From Octopus vulgaris (Eukaryota): a stretch of 64,000 bases of DNA. Positions 31,550 through 44,188 of this stretch are shown here, piece by piece; positions within the stretch are counted from its first letter, which is position 1, and every line of letters starts with the position of its first letter. The translations under genes and the position numbers were made by a program. The notes under the pieces are model-generated. The model had not been told where the DNA came from. It did no database searches and worked only from the letters and a program-made list of their open reading frames with translations. Location of the stretch: positions 141,484,001-141,548,000 of the forward strand of contig OX597814.1 of the NCBI GenBank assembly GCA_951406725.2, written 5' to 3'.

Positions 31550-31670
31550 GCTTACTTCCCAACCACATAGTTCCATGTTCAGTCCCACTGCGTGGCATCT
31601 TGGGCAAGTGTTTTCAACTATAGTCTTACATGTGGATTTGGTAGACAGAAACTGAAAGAAGCCCATTATA
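31550..31670 (+). mobile_element. SINE A 5' fragment
   Basis: GTTCAGTCCCACTGCGTGGCATCTTGGGCAAGTG...GAAACTGAAAGAAGCCC. Confidence 0.85.
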
Positions 31671-31689
31671 TACATATTCTTTTATTGTG

Positions 31690-32070
31690 TTCTTTTACTT
31701 GTTTTAGTCATTTGACAGCGGTCATGCAGGAGCACCGCCTTTAGTCGAGCAAATCGACTCCAGGACTTATTCTTTGTAAGCCTAGTACTTATTCTATCGG
31801 TGTCTTTTGCCGAACCACTAAGTTACAGGGCGTAAACACACCACCATCCGGTGTCAAGCGATGGTGGGGGACAAACACAGACACACAAACACACTCACAC
31901 ACACATACATATATATACGACGGGCTTCTTTTAGTTTCCGTCTACCAAATCCACTCACAAGGTTTGGTCGGCCCGAGGCTATAGTAGAAGACTCTTGCCC
32001 AAGGTGCCATGCAGTGGTACTGAACCTGGGACCATGTGGTTGGTAAACAAGCTACTTACCACACAGTCAC
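31690..32070 (-). mobile_element. SINE A, near full length
   Basis: Close match to 1831-2246. Confidence 0.9.
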
Positions 32071-32074
32071 ATGT

Positions 32075-32265
32075 GTATGTGTGCCCTTGAGTCTGTGTTT
32101 TTCCCTTTCCACGGCTTGGTGACCGGTGTTGCGGTTCGGCAAAAAAGAGTCGATAGAATAAATCCTAGACTTTAAAAAAATCTTGGGGCCGATTTTTCCG
32201 ACTAAAACACTTCACGGTGGTGCCCCAGCATGGCCACAGTCAAATGACTGAATCAAGTAAAAAGA
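32075..32265 (+). mobile_element. SINE A 3' half, inverted relative to its neighbour
   Basis: GCGGTTCGGCAAAA...CCAGCATGGCCACAGTCAAATGACTGAA. Confidence 0.8.
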
Positions 32266-32694
32266 TGTAGCAATCAATTAAATGATATAGCAATATGGAT
32301 GAATGATGGTTGAGTAATTCTTTTCGCAACCATAAAGTTCTAGTTTCGATCTTTCTGCTTAGCATTTTGGACAAATTTCATTTTCCTGTCACCACGGATT
32401 GACCTATACCTTGCGAATGGAACTGAGGAGATGGAAATTGTAAGGAAACCCATCACATGGTTTAAAGCAATAATTTAAAGATACGACACAGTCATACACA
32501 ATATGACGTAGATTCCGTCACATGATTATGTTAAGGATACACGTGTCTGTGGAAAACTGATTCAATGAGTAAGCAAATCGGATAATCTAAGATAGATAGA
32601 AGTGTATACATATGACGATAGAGGATCCTGAAAACATAATAAATACACAGATAAATAAACTAATAGAAATAAATAACTATATATATATATATAC

Positions 32695-32760
<66 letters not shown>

Positions 32761-33085
32761 CGATTCAATTTATTATTATTAGTATTAGTATTGTTGTTAT
32801 ACATACATACATACAAGCATATGTAATGATAATAATAGGTGGATGTAAACACATGAACAAAATAAGAATAAACAAAAACAACAAAAACAAAAAACAAAAT
32901 ACAAATTACATGAACATATATAAACAGAAGATACAAATATTACAGACATCCCCCACATACACACACTAAATAAACATAAACGCACATAGAGATATAAGCA
33001 TGCGCAAATGAAGACATACAATAGAAATACAAAATGGCTGACGGTTAGTAAGGAGAGACACACATAAGAAAGAAAAAAAACAAAG

Positions 33086-33129
33086 GACCACTGATGCGGT
33101 CACAGAAGTGTGACGAAAGAACTCTGGCC
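33086..33129 (+). ncRNA. Minimal type-I hammerhead motif (A9>C) in a probable Penelope pLTR remnant
   Basis: GACCA-CUGAUGC-G-GUCACA(GAAG)UGUGAC-GAAAG-AA-CUC^UGGCC, followed by AATAAA. Confidence 0.65.
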
Positions 33130-33304
33130 GAAATAAAATTAAGATTAATGTAAAAAATAAATAACACTGAAGCAAAGTAACACCAAATATATAGTGCGTG
33201 TATTTTTATTGGCTAAACTGGCAAAATGACCATTCCGAAATATAACAATATCTGTTTCAACACACGACTTCACATAAAAAATCTTGCACAACAAATATTT
33301 AAAC

Positions 33305-33351
<47 letters not shown>

Positions 33352-33352
33352 T

Positions 33353-33466
<114 letters not shown>

Positions 33467-33634
33467 GTAAGTATGTATGTATGTATGTAATTATGTATGT
33501 TTGTATGTATGTATGTATGTGTATGTATGTATGAATGAATAGATTACATGAATGAATTTTGTCTGGTACACTGTAGTTTCTGCCACTTCAGTTGCTTAAG
33601 CTATATACTAATATCGTGTGTGTATTTTGTGTGC

Positions 33635-33669
<35 letters not shown>

Positions 33670-33687
33670 TGTGTGTGTGTGTGTGTA

Positions 33688-33724
<37 letters not shown>

Positions 33725-33749
33725 TTGTTTGATTAATGAGCGTTTGCAA

Positions 33750-33940
33750 GGCACCGAGCTGGCAGAATTGTTAGCAAATGTTTTAGAACATTTCGTCCAT
33801 CTTTACGTTCTGAGTTGAAATTCCGCCGAGGTCGACTTTGCCTTTCCTTTCGGGATAGATAAATTAAGTATCAGCTGAGTAATGGTGTTGATGTAATCGA
33901 CTTTCCCTTCACCTGGTATCTATAGTAGAAAGGATAATTA
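33750..33940 (+). mobile_element. SINE B
   Basis: GAGCTGGCAGAATTGTTAGC...AATTCCGCCGAGGTCGACTTTGCC. Confidence 0.85.
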
Positions 33941-33996
33941 ATGAGAGTTTGACTCACCTCGATATTACTAACACTCTTTAATTATCCTTTGTGCTA

Positions 33997-34580
33997 AGGC
34001 AGCGAGCTGGCAAAATCGTTAGCACGCTGGACGAAATGCTTAGCGGTATTTCGTCTGCCGTTACGTTCTGAGTTCAAATTCCGCCGAGGTCGACTTTACC
34101 GTTCATCCTTTCGAGGTCGATAAATTAAGTACCAGTTACGCACTGGGGTCGATGTAATCGACTTAATCCGTTTGTCTGTCCTTGTTTGTCCTCTTTGTGT
34201 TTAGCTCTTTGTGGGTAGTAAAGAAATAGATATTTTGTCTGTCTTTACGTTCTGAGTTCAAATTTCGCCGAGCTCGACTTTGCATTTCATCTTTTCGGGG
34301 TCGATTAAATAAGTACCAGTTACGCACTGGGGTCGATATAATCGACTTAATCCGTTTGTCTGTCCTTGTTTTCCCCTCTGTGTTTAGCCCCTTGTAGGTA
34401 GTAAAGAAATTGGTATTTCGCCCGTCGCTACGTTCTGAGTTCAAATTCCGCCGAGCTCGACCTTGCTTTTAATCCTTTCGGGGTGGATAAATTAAGTAGC
34501 AGAAAAACACTGGAGTCGATATAATCGACTAGTTACCTCCTCCAAAGTTTCAGGCTTTGAGCCTATAGTAGAAAGGATTA
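33997..34580 (+). mobile_element. SINE B with ~185-bp internal unit repeated about three times
   Basis: TACGTTCTGAGTTCAAATT recurs at ~34062, ~34245 and ~34429. Confidence 0.92.
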
Positions 34581-35564
34581 ATTATCCTTTGTACTATAAG
34601 ACATGTCCGCCTAGTCAGATGTTCGAAGAGTGGTTAGAAAGTTTAAAAAAGGTCAAAATGATTTCTTGTTGTTGAAGCCTGTAAAAGTTAGCACAGGTCA
34701 TGCGATTGCAATACTGATATACACAAACACGCACACACGTACATGCATACACACATACATACATGCACACACACACACATAGAAAGGAAAAATCAAAAAG
34801 AAAAAAATGCGAGCTTAATGCTAGGATCAAGAAAGTATTCACATTTTTATCCAAATACGCTATCGGTTTCATTTAGAAAGACGGTTTAATTATATTAAAA
34901 TAAGAGTAAAAATGAGTTGAAATAATTTAAATGAAATCAATTTTTCCTAATATCATTTGTGGAAGTTCACGTGCTTTTATAAAAATGTCACAAGTTGTAC
35001 CGCCCCCTCCTCCTCCTCCATAATCTGAAGTTCTCTCCAACAGTGTGACAGTCAAAAGGTACGGCAGCTACCGATGGCTTCCATGTTTGAAGGGATGACG
35101 TTAAATTTAGCCACAGTTATACCAAATTCTAGTCGACATATATTTTCTATTTATTCTCATCATTTGTAGAGATGAGTTCAGCTACCTTCATATGTCATTG
35201 ATACAGCTCCTGGTCACTTGTTGAATTTTTATACGAAACACATGTTAATGACAGGATGTAGGTTAGACCTCATTATGAATGAGTAATTCAAAGCAGGAAA
35301 ACGTTCAACGCCGTTTCCAAGTGCAAGCCGTTTCCCAATGATGATTGGTATGAAACCTGAGTGCAAAGTAGAGGTAGAGTGAATATGAACAAGAACAAAT
35401 ATTACTTTGCCAAGCAAAATCGGGACAATGTCAATGAACTCACCCGGTGGAAAACACGCAAGCACACATGCAAATACAAACGCACGCGCGTGCGGACGCA
35501 CACATTCATGCACGCACGCACACACACACACGCTTACAGTAATGAACCAGTAGCAAAATATATC

Positions 35565-35775
35565 AATACTGGCAGAATCGTTAGCACGCCGGGTATAATG
35601 CTTAGCGGTAATTCGTCCGTCTTTAAGTTCTGAGTTCGAATTCTGCTGAGGTCGACTTTACCCTTCATCTCTTTAGGATCGATAACATAAGTACCAGTCG
35701 ATTGCAGGAGTCGAAGAAGTTGACTGATCCCCTCCCCTCAAAGTTTAGGCCTTGTGCCTATAGTAGAAAGGATTA
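35565..35775 (+). mobile_element. SINE B
   Basis: CTGGCAGAATCGTTAGCACGCCGG...GTGCCTATAGTAGAAAGG. Confidence 0.88.
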
Positions 35776-35891
35776 TTTATAGCTTTATATGTGCTTCCAG
35801 ACTATTCGAAAGAACAAATTATTTCATGTTCCCGTGATGGTTTATAGTTCTTAAAACGTCAAGAATATACCTTTATACATACATACATACA

Positions 35892-35925
<34 letters not shown>

Positions 35926-36069
35926 CATACATACATACATTTATTCATACACACATACATACATACATACATACATATATAAAATACACACACCCATATA
36001 ATATATATATAGTAGAATTAAGAGAAAGTTCTTGGTACAGTATTATATATATTAGAAAGAAAATTGTAA

Positions 36070-36272
36070 GGATGGCTTTTTTGAGGGGTTAGTTTTTATT
36101 TTAATCTTAATAATAATAATAATGATTACATTATTATTATGATTAAAATAAAAATTATCCCCACAAAAAAGCCATCTCTCCTCATTCTTTCAAATGTTTA
36201 CATTATTATTATTAAGATTAAAATAAACATTATCCCCTCAAAACAGTGATCTATACTCATTCTTTCAAATAT
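36070..36272. repeat. Imperfect inverted repeat with tandemly duplicated right arm
   Basis: GATGGCTTTTTTGAGGGG..TTTATTTTAATC versus GATTAAAATAAA..CCCCACAAAAAAGCCATC; right arm repeated at ~36197-36272. Confidence 0.8.
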
Positions 36273-36375
36273 ATATATACACATATATATATAATATAAA
36301 TAATATATATATGCATATATAGATACGTATATGTACATACTTACATCTATATGTATACACACACACATATGTATA

Positions 36376-36436
<61 letters not shown>

Positions 36437-36566
36437 ATGTATGTATGTATATATATGTATATGTATAAAAAAATACAAACTGGGACAAGAAAGCAAAAAA
36501 AGACGATACAAAAAACACGTAGCCTTCAATCTTCAGTCAAGAACCGGATCGTCCTCGCAATTTCGG

Positions 36567-36668
<102 letters not shown>

Positions 36669-36689
36669 TATGTGGGCACAGTATATCAT

Positions 36690-37290
36690 GAAACGTGTAC
36701 AACAAAAACTTACAAAGTACGACTATATGGAATACGAACTACTGTTTCGAACAACGAAAGATACAAATGGAAAACAAAACAAACAACATAAAGAACGACC
36801 ATTCATCAGTTGTTGGCTGTTTTTCTATTCTCGTATTTCGAGCATTTAACAACAATATACGCTTTCGATAAAACAGTTGCTCCCGCAAACCAAATTAAAT
36901 AAAATTTGGGATTTTGCGGAGGGTCGAAATTGGTAACAGAAACAGGACAGTGAAAACAAACTGGAAGGGTTGCTAAGCCTAAACGAGGTTGTGGGGGCGA
37001 ACGTGTAAATCAAGCTTGGATAGGAGACAGACAAGAATACGTCTTCCTTGTTCCAGCTACAACAGAGAAAAAGAAAGAAACACAAGTTAGGAGAAGAATG
37101 AAGGCCGATGGACACGTGGGATCCACGTGACTAAGGGAGAAGTGACGGAGAGAGAGAGAGACACACACAGAGTAATAGGATAGAATAGTGTGAGAAGAGG
37201 AGGTAAAAGAATAAGAGACAGAAAGAGAGAAAAACGTAAGTGTATAAGGATCGTAAATTGTGCTCATCACAATTATTAAAATAAAACTTA
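36690..37290 (-). mobile_element. Probable Penelope-like 3' remnant (family shared with 50890-51150)
   Basis: Minus strand GGGAGCAACTG...ATGCTCGAAA...CAGCC.ACAACTGATGA..GGTCGTTCT also found at ~50950-51045 (+). Confidence 0.55.
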
Positions 37291-37362
37291 CTTGGAAGAT
37301 TACTAGATATAAACAGATACATATGTATATATAGAAAAGAAAAGAGGAAGATGATATTGCAT

Positions 37363-37433
37363 ATGGCGTTGTGGTTAAGTGCGCGGGCTACTAACCTCAA
37401 GATTCTGAGTTCGGTTCCAGGTAGTGACCTGAA

Positions 37434-37477
<44 letters not shown>

Positions 37478-37660
37478 ATAATAATAATAATAATAATAAT
37501 AACATCGAAAAATTCCTTAGGAATGAGAACTCAGGTTCGAAATTTTCCCCAGGACACCTGAAGAAGGCTGGAGAGTATATCAGCCGAAACGTTGTGTTAA
37601 CAGCAAACGAGATGAGGACAAATATCCGTCAAATGTAAATACTGCAAATAATGTAGACGG
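37363..37660 (+). mobile_element. Composite element: tRNA-like head, (TAC)n(TAA)n, hammerhead, tail (copy 1)
   Basis: A box TGGCGTTGTGG, B box GAGTTCGGTTCC; collinear with 59941-60313 (-). Confidence 0.85.
37553..37598 (+). ncRNA. Minimal type-I hammerhead ribozyme with intact core
   Basis: GACAC-CUGAAGA-A-GGCUG(GAGAGUAUAU)CAGCC-GAAAC-GUU^GUGUU; palindromic AACGUU stem III. Confidence 0.8.
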
Positions 37661-37680
37661 TGATATATATATATGTGTGT

Positions 37681-37741
<61 letters not shown>

Positions 37742-38511
37742 TACACGTACCGAATTAGATACAGCTATATGATTGCTAAACAGGAAATGAGAAAAAAGAA
37801 TGACATAATTGGATTGTGAGATTGCGATTGAGAGAGTGAAGCATAAGCTTGCGACTAGTAATTTCACAGAAAAGTTCTTCATACATGTAATAATCAGGTT
37901 TTATATGTTATACCTGTCACTAATCAGGTGAACAGATTTCGAAGACAGAACAAGATACAATGAAATAAGTTAGATTTTACTTTGAAAATATATCAATATT
38001 AACCTACATTATTAAGTAATAATATTCTTTATCAAAACGGGATTCTGTTTTTGTGTATAGATATAAATGTATTTTAAATGATTTTAGTATTTTGTTATCG
38101 TAGCAATGCATGAAGTTGTTGATATTGATTACGCATGCAAATTTTTTTTACATTTCCCTTCGTCATTTGAATAAAAATGCATAAAGATAATAAATAAAAT
38201 ATGTATATGGAAAGATACAAACCTGCAGACCAAATAACGAGAATGAAAATATTGATTACTGGAAATCCAATCAACGATGAATCTCAGAAAAATAACAGAT
38301 ATGACGAGCAATGTAGCAGAAAGTGAACAAACAAATACACACAACACGGACGCGCGCACACACACACACACACACAAGCTCAAAGACACGCGCGTGAGTG
38401 TGTGTGTGTATGTGTGTGTGTATATATATGTTAGTGTGTGTATGTGTGTAGTATATGTAAGTATATGGGTGTATATGTGTGTGTATGCATACGTACATAT
38501 ATGTGCATGCT

Positions 38512-38547
<36 letters not shown>

Positions 38548-38564
38548 TGTATGTGTGTTTCTAT

Positions 38565-38675
<111 letters not shown>

Positions 38676-38774
38676 AAACGAAGGTTTACAGAGGAGGAAG
38701 CAAGGAGGAGGTGAGCGACTGTCTGCATACAATACATTGAAAGATAATGCCTATTAAGCATACTTCGATTAACT

Positions 38775-38950
38775 GTACTCAGGTGTTGCATTGTTGAATG
38801 GTGAACGCGTTCACTTTGTAAACATGCACTTCCGGGTTCAAACTCACTGCACGGCATATTGGGCAAATGTATCGTACCATAGTTTTATAGTGATCAATAG
38901 CATGTGTGTAATAAATTGGTTACATGATACTGCTTGAAATCCTATCACGT
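38775..38950 (+). mobile_element. Old SINE A-like copy
   Basis: CCGGGTTCAAACTCACTGCACGGCATATTGGGCAAATG. Confidence 0.6.
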
Positions 38951-39152
38951 TGAGGAGTGCTCAACACAGCATTCGTTGATAAATATTTTTTTCTATCTGT
39001 AGGTTAGCAAAGCTACCAATGGTTTTATGTGAAGTGATCTTCACAATTGTTCAATCGTGCCGCATGGAAACGTTAGTATATGTTTCCATTGAAACAATCG
39101 TGAAGATATCTTCACATGAAACTATTCATAGGCATGTAAATCCACAAATAAA

Positions 39153-39191
<39 letters not shown>

Positions 39192-40445
39192 CACATATAT
39201 TACATCCCTACCTGACCCTTAGATGCCTGCTGTAAAGTTCTCTTCATAGATGTGTACATGTGTGTGTATTCATTACGAAAGAAAATCTTCAACTGAATGG
39301 CCGCATGTTCTTGACGAGAAAAGACACCGGGTTGTTACGAAACATCCATAATGTTAAGTAATAGTTATCCGCTGCCTCGTTGAAACAGCTGTAGTACACG
39401 ACTATTTCTTTTTATTTGCTGACCAGATGTGTGTCTGTGTATGTATATATGTGGGTATACAGTATACACACATAAACACACACACACACATATATGTGTG
39501 TGTACTTGTAGAGTGTGTGTTGTAAAATGGAGATGTATTGCTGCTTCCCTTTAAAACAGTAACCTAACTTCCTGATTAGTAGAAACCGATAAAATAAATA
39601 CCTGACAAAACTTCTGGTGCTCAGCCGTTCCACCTCCCTCCTTATATTTCAGACACAGTAACCTTAGAACTACGTAATCCAATATCTCTTTCCATTTTCA
39701 AGATCTTATTATTTGATTTGAGAGAGATTAAGTTACTTTTTATAATTTGTGAGACCATATAGAATCTTCCTCAAGTGGCACGCATGCTCTCTGTATTTAT
39801 TATGAATTACAAACTTTCACATAATTTTGTCCATCTATTTGATGTAATATGATTGATTTATTTATTATGAAAGCTGTATTTTTAAAACGTCAACAGCTTT
39901 TATTGATAGGCAAGCTACACTAAAGAGACGAACAATAGGGAACCTCTTAAACATCGTGTTTATCATATTTGCCTGGTTGACATCTTTTGAAAGTTGACAA
40001 GTCGACAGTTCTATTCTACTTCTTTTTGACTTAAAAAGCTTCCCCCCTCCCTCTCTCCCTATATATATATAAAGAAACATATATATATAGGTATGTATGT
40101 GTGAAGGCGGGCATATGTGTGTGTGTATTCAAAAATGTGTGAGACATGTTTGCAAACGCATATACATACTTGCAGGCATACAAACATATATTCATATAGA
40201 CAACACACACACATACACACATAAATACACACACACATATATGTGCGTGTATACATACACATGTACATCCAAACACAGTTATACACACATATATGTATGT
40301 ATGCACACACACACACATCCAGAGTGAGTCAAAAGTTGTTTGCACGTTATTACTGACAGTTTTGTAAGTAACTGAACCAGGATCATGTATCATATTGTAA
40401 ATGCTATTTGATATCCCAAACTTTCGAGGTTTGTAATGTTGTTCG

Positions 40446-40503
<58 letters not shown>

Positions 40504-42204
40504 ACAGTTGTACTGATTTTCGGCTGAGATGATAACAATAAGTGTGAGCGTGATAAAAATGAATCCAGTGTGAGAGAAATCATTGACAACTCTCCCTTGA
40601 ATTGAAACATTTATGTTTTAACCTAATTCAAATTAATTGAAACCATGACGGTACAAGGAAGGTGAATACGGATAGAAGAAATGTTACGTGAATTCAAGGT
40701 CACAGTGTACGTGTGTTGTGTGTTAAAATGTTTCGATAGCATTACGAGCAGAACGTGAATGCTGTGACAAGGTGCCAAGGTAGATGGCTACCATAGTCAC
40801 CAATATTTTTGGTGGTTGCTTAGAGTGACTTCTGTTGATGTTTTTTTTTTAATGTGTTGGGATTGGTGTCCTGGCCCTCAACCAGAATCGCAGTTGAACG
40901 AAGCTAAAATGTTCTCTTTTCACTGAGATGTATAGATCGAAAACTATGACGCGACAGTTAAATGACTTACTGTTATTGATCAATATATTTTTAGCTTGTA
41001 GAATGAATCATGGCCAGTAGGGTCACCAAGGTCGAGCTGACACTTCTGACTGGTCGAGAGAGAAAGGTCAGAAGATAGAAGACAAAATCATTTTCATATT
41101 TCTATAGTAGGGAGACTATAATGTGACAAAACAAACTGAAGAAAATGCTGAGGTTTACTGCAACTGGTTGTAAAGCTTATAGATCGAATCTTGGCTAAAT
41201 TTCCGTTGCACATGGTTCTAATTGCATCAGTGCTACGTATATTGTTGTAACTGTACTCAACAAGAGTATGCTTACAATTACGGATATTTTCTCAATGGAT
41301 AAACACTTCAAGGTTCTCAAAAGGGTAAGGGTAAATATTTATTTTATGAGCAATTAATTTGTGGGCTCTTACTTACCCAAGGTGCCAGAACCTCGTGGTT
41401 AGGAAGCAAGCTCGTGGTTGGGAAGCAATCTTCTTACCACACAACCACACCTGTGCCTATTCATGTTTTTGCTTGGGAGCCCTAATGGATGGTAAAGTTG
41501 GACATTGGGATCCAGGTCTGAGAGGGCTAAGTTATTTCCTAACCATATAACCTTCAATAGGTTAAGTTATTGAACTCTCATTATTTTTCTCGTAATCTTT
41601 CTAAATGCACACATGTTGTTTCCTCTCGTAGAAACTGATCGGAAATTCGTATTTTTGTTGGATCAATGTAATTAACAACCATGTTGTCGCATGAAAACTA
41701 TCGCCTTGAGTAGAAGAGTAAAAATACTTTTGTAATTAATGCAAAACAATAAGATGAGAATATCAGACAATTACGGAAAATAGATTTTTTGTTAATTATT
41801 TTCTTTTTTTCTTTCTTTCCATTTCTTTTTTAGAAAGTTCAACCTGCGCAAGAGAATATATTTAAAGAAGCAAGATGTCGGTAAATGAAATAAACAAACA
41901 AACACACGAACGCACGCGCGCGCACACACACAGACACACACACAGACACACATACATAAACACACAAACACACACACAGACTCACACAAACACGCATACA
42001 CACTATATAAATATACACACACATATATGTTTCTGTCTGTCTGTCTCTCTCTATATATATACATGTATGTATATAGATATATATATCGAGAGAGAGAGAG
42101 AGAGATGGGCATGAATGAATGTGTGTGTGTGTATTTATACAAATATATGTATGAATGCATATCTGCGTGCATGAAGATATATATTAATACATACACACAC
42201 ACAC

Positions 42205-42241
<37 letters not shown>

Positions 42242-42371
42242 AGTTTGTTTATATATATGTATATACATACATACATATATACATACGTACATCAATACGT
42301 ACATACATACATTCATACATGCATACATACATACATACATACATACATACATACATACATACATACATACA

Positions 42372-42402
<31 letters not shown>

Positions 42403-42832
42403 GCGTGTATGTGTGTGTCTACGTATCAATACACTACATATACATGTTTGGACTAATAAACTGAAAGCTGGATATAAAACTAGATAGATAGTGGGAGGTT
42501 TTCGTTTAGTCAGTGGTATTCGAGACCTTAATGTCAAACTGCTAATTACTTTCCAGATAATTCACTGTTTAATTACCAAGCTGTTTCTTTTTCATCATTA
42601 TATCTTCTAATGAATGAGCTTAAGAGATGAAAAACAAAAATGATGTAATAGGAAATAAGTCGATCTTCAGGATACGGGCTGAAAATTATTTCCTAGAAAA
42701 AATTTAGTCCTTTATCCTGTGTTCATTTATTTGTCGTTATAATTAACACAGTCCGCTCCCATTATATTTTCTAAGCTGATTCCCGTCGTGAATAAAAGCA
42801 GCCGAAATTAGATTCCCCCGAAGGTTTTCTGG

Positions 42833-43065
42833 AGTGGCGAGCTGGTAGAAACGTTAGCACGCCGGGCGAAATGCTTAGCGGTATTTCGCCCGTCGCTACG
42901 TTCTGAGTTCAAATTCCGCCTAGGTCGACTTTGCCTTTCATCCTTTCGGGGTCGATAAATTAAGTACCAGTTACGCACTGGGGTCGATGTAATCGACTTA
43001 ATACCTATGTCTGTCCTTGTTTGTCCCCTCTGTGTTTAGCCCCTTGTGGGTAATAAAGAAATAGA
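42833..43065 (+). mobile_element. Young SINE B (single unit)
   Basis: GGCGAGCTGGTAGAAACGTTAGCACGCC...GGGTAATAAAGAAATAG. Confidence 0.92.
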
Positions 43066-43069
43066 TATT

Positions 43070-43380
43070 ACTCGACAGGGGACATAACTCGGTGATCAGT
43101 GAGTTTCTCCAGGTAAAACAACTACTTCTTCACATTGGGAGGTCACATCTTCGGCACAACGGACATGTGATTAGACTGCTTCAGGAAAGAGACGGATTCA
43201 ATCAAGCCGATCCAACTGACAGGAGATCTAAGGAGTAGACTAAGAACAAGTTGGTTGGATAATACCCTTAGTCTCAGTTGGTAATGCTTGGTAATCCAGA
43301 TGGAAAATATAATAACGGTTGCTTCTGATTGGACTCTATAGAGAAGGAGCTTGAAGACACCACACTCCCAATAAAACTCC
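43070..43380 (+). mobile_element. RTE-clade LINE 3' coding remnant
   Basis: QLLLHIGRSHLRHNGHVIRLLQER ... RTSWLDN resembles RTE C-terminus (RSQLRWxGHVxRM..RPR..WxD). Confidence 0.6.
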
Positions 43381-43734
43381 GAATAAAATGATTGGATTTT
43401 AGCTCAATACAAGCAAAATTCATTAAAGCAAATGCATTCAAGCTGTAAGTCAGATATAATTAACCGCAATGGTTTTTCAGAAATATGGAGAGAACCACCA
43501 GTCGTAGCTTCACTATTATACTGAATTCCGAACTCCACATAAGGTTGTAAATGTATTCCGTGAAATTAGATTTCTTCATGGAACGAGTTGCGAGTAGATG
43601 TTCAGCGTAGGCAGTAAGTATCACTAAAATAAATTGCTAGCAAAAACCAATATCACGATGAAAAAATGTCTAAAACTATTTTGACATGAAAAGAATATTA
43701 ATTTATACATATACGTAATGCACACCATGCACAC

Positions 43735-43767
<33 letters not shown>

Positions 43768-44000
43768 ATAATACTAATAAAAAATTTAGACAAATACGTA
43801 TAATTAGATTAGTGTATTTAAATGTTGAGTAGAGCACCGGCACATATGTTGTACCTAATAAAAGTCTAACGCGAAATCCATCTCCTACTATTAATATATA
43901 TATATTTAATGTAGGATAAATGTTTTTCAAAAAAACATTTTATCAATGGCCAGCATATTAAAAAATACCTTTATGGGTTAAATTTATATACAACTTATAA

Positions 44001-44188
44001 ATAAGGGCAAACGAAAAAATTTCTAATGCCAAATATGCCGAAATTAGACACCCTGTCCATAACCATATAACTTTTCACAATACGCACGCTACTTTTTTTT
44101 GAGTAGCGTGCGTATTGTGAAAAATTATATGGTTATGGACAGGATTTCTAATTTCGGCATATTTGGCATTAAAAATTTTTTCGTTTGC

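Noticed and set aside
33997-34580. Regularly spaced repeats resembling a CRISPR array
   Set aside because: Units are homologous along their whole length, with no unique spacers, no cas genes and a eukaryotic context.
35229-35531. 100-aa minus-strand ORF in unique sequence, with GTGAGT donor-like and polypyrimidine-CAG acceptor-like motifs
   Set aside because: No recognisable protein similarity and it starts in a GT repeat; an exon cannot be supported without RNA-seq or conservation data.
37363-37425. Possible tRNA gene (also the SINE A, B and D heads)
   Set aside because: No convincing acceptor stem; these are tRNA-derived heads of repeats.
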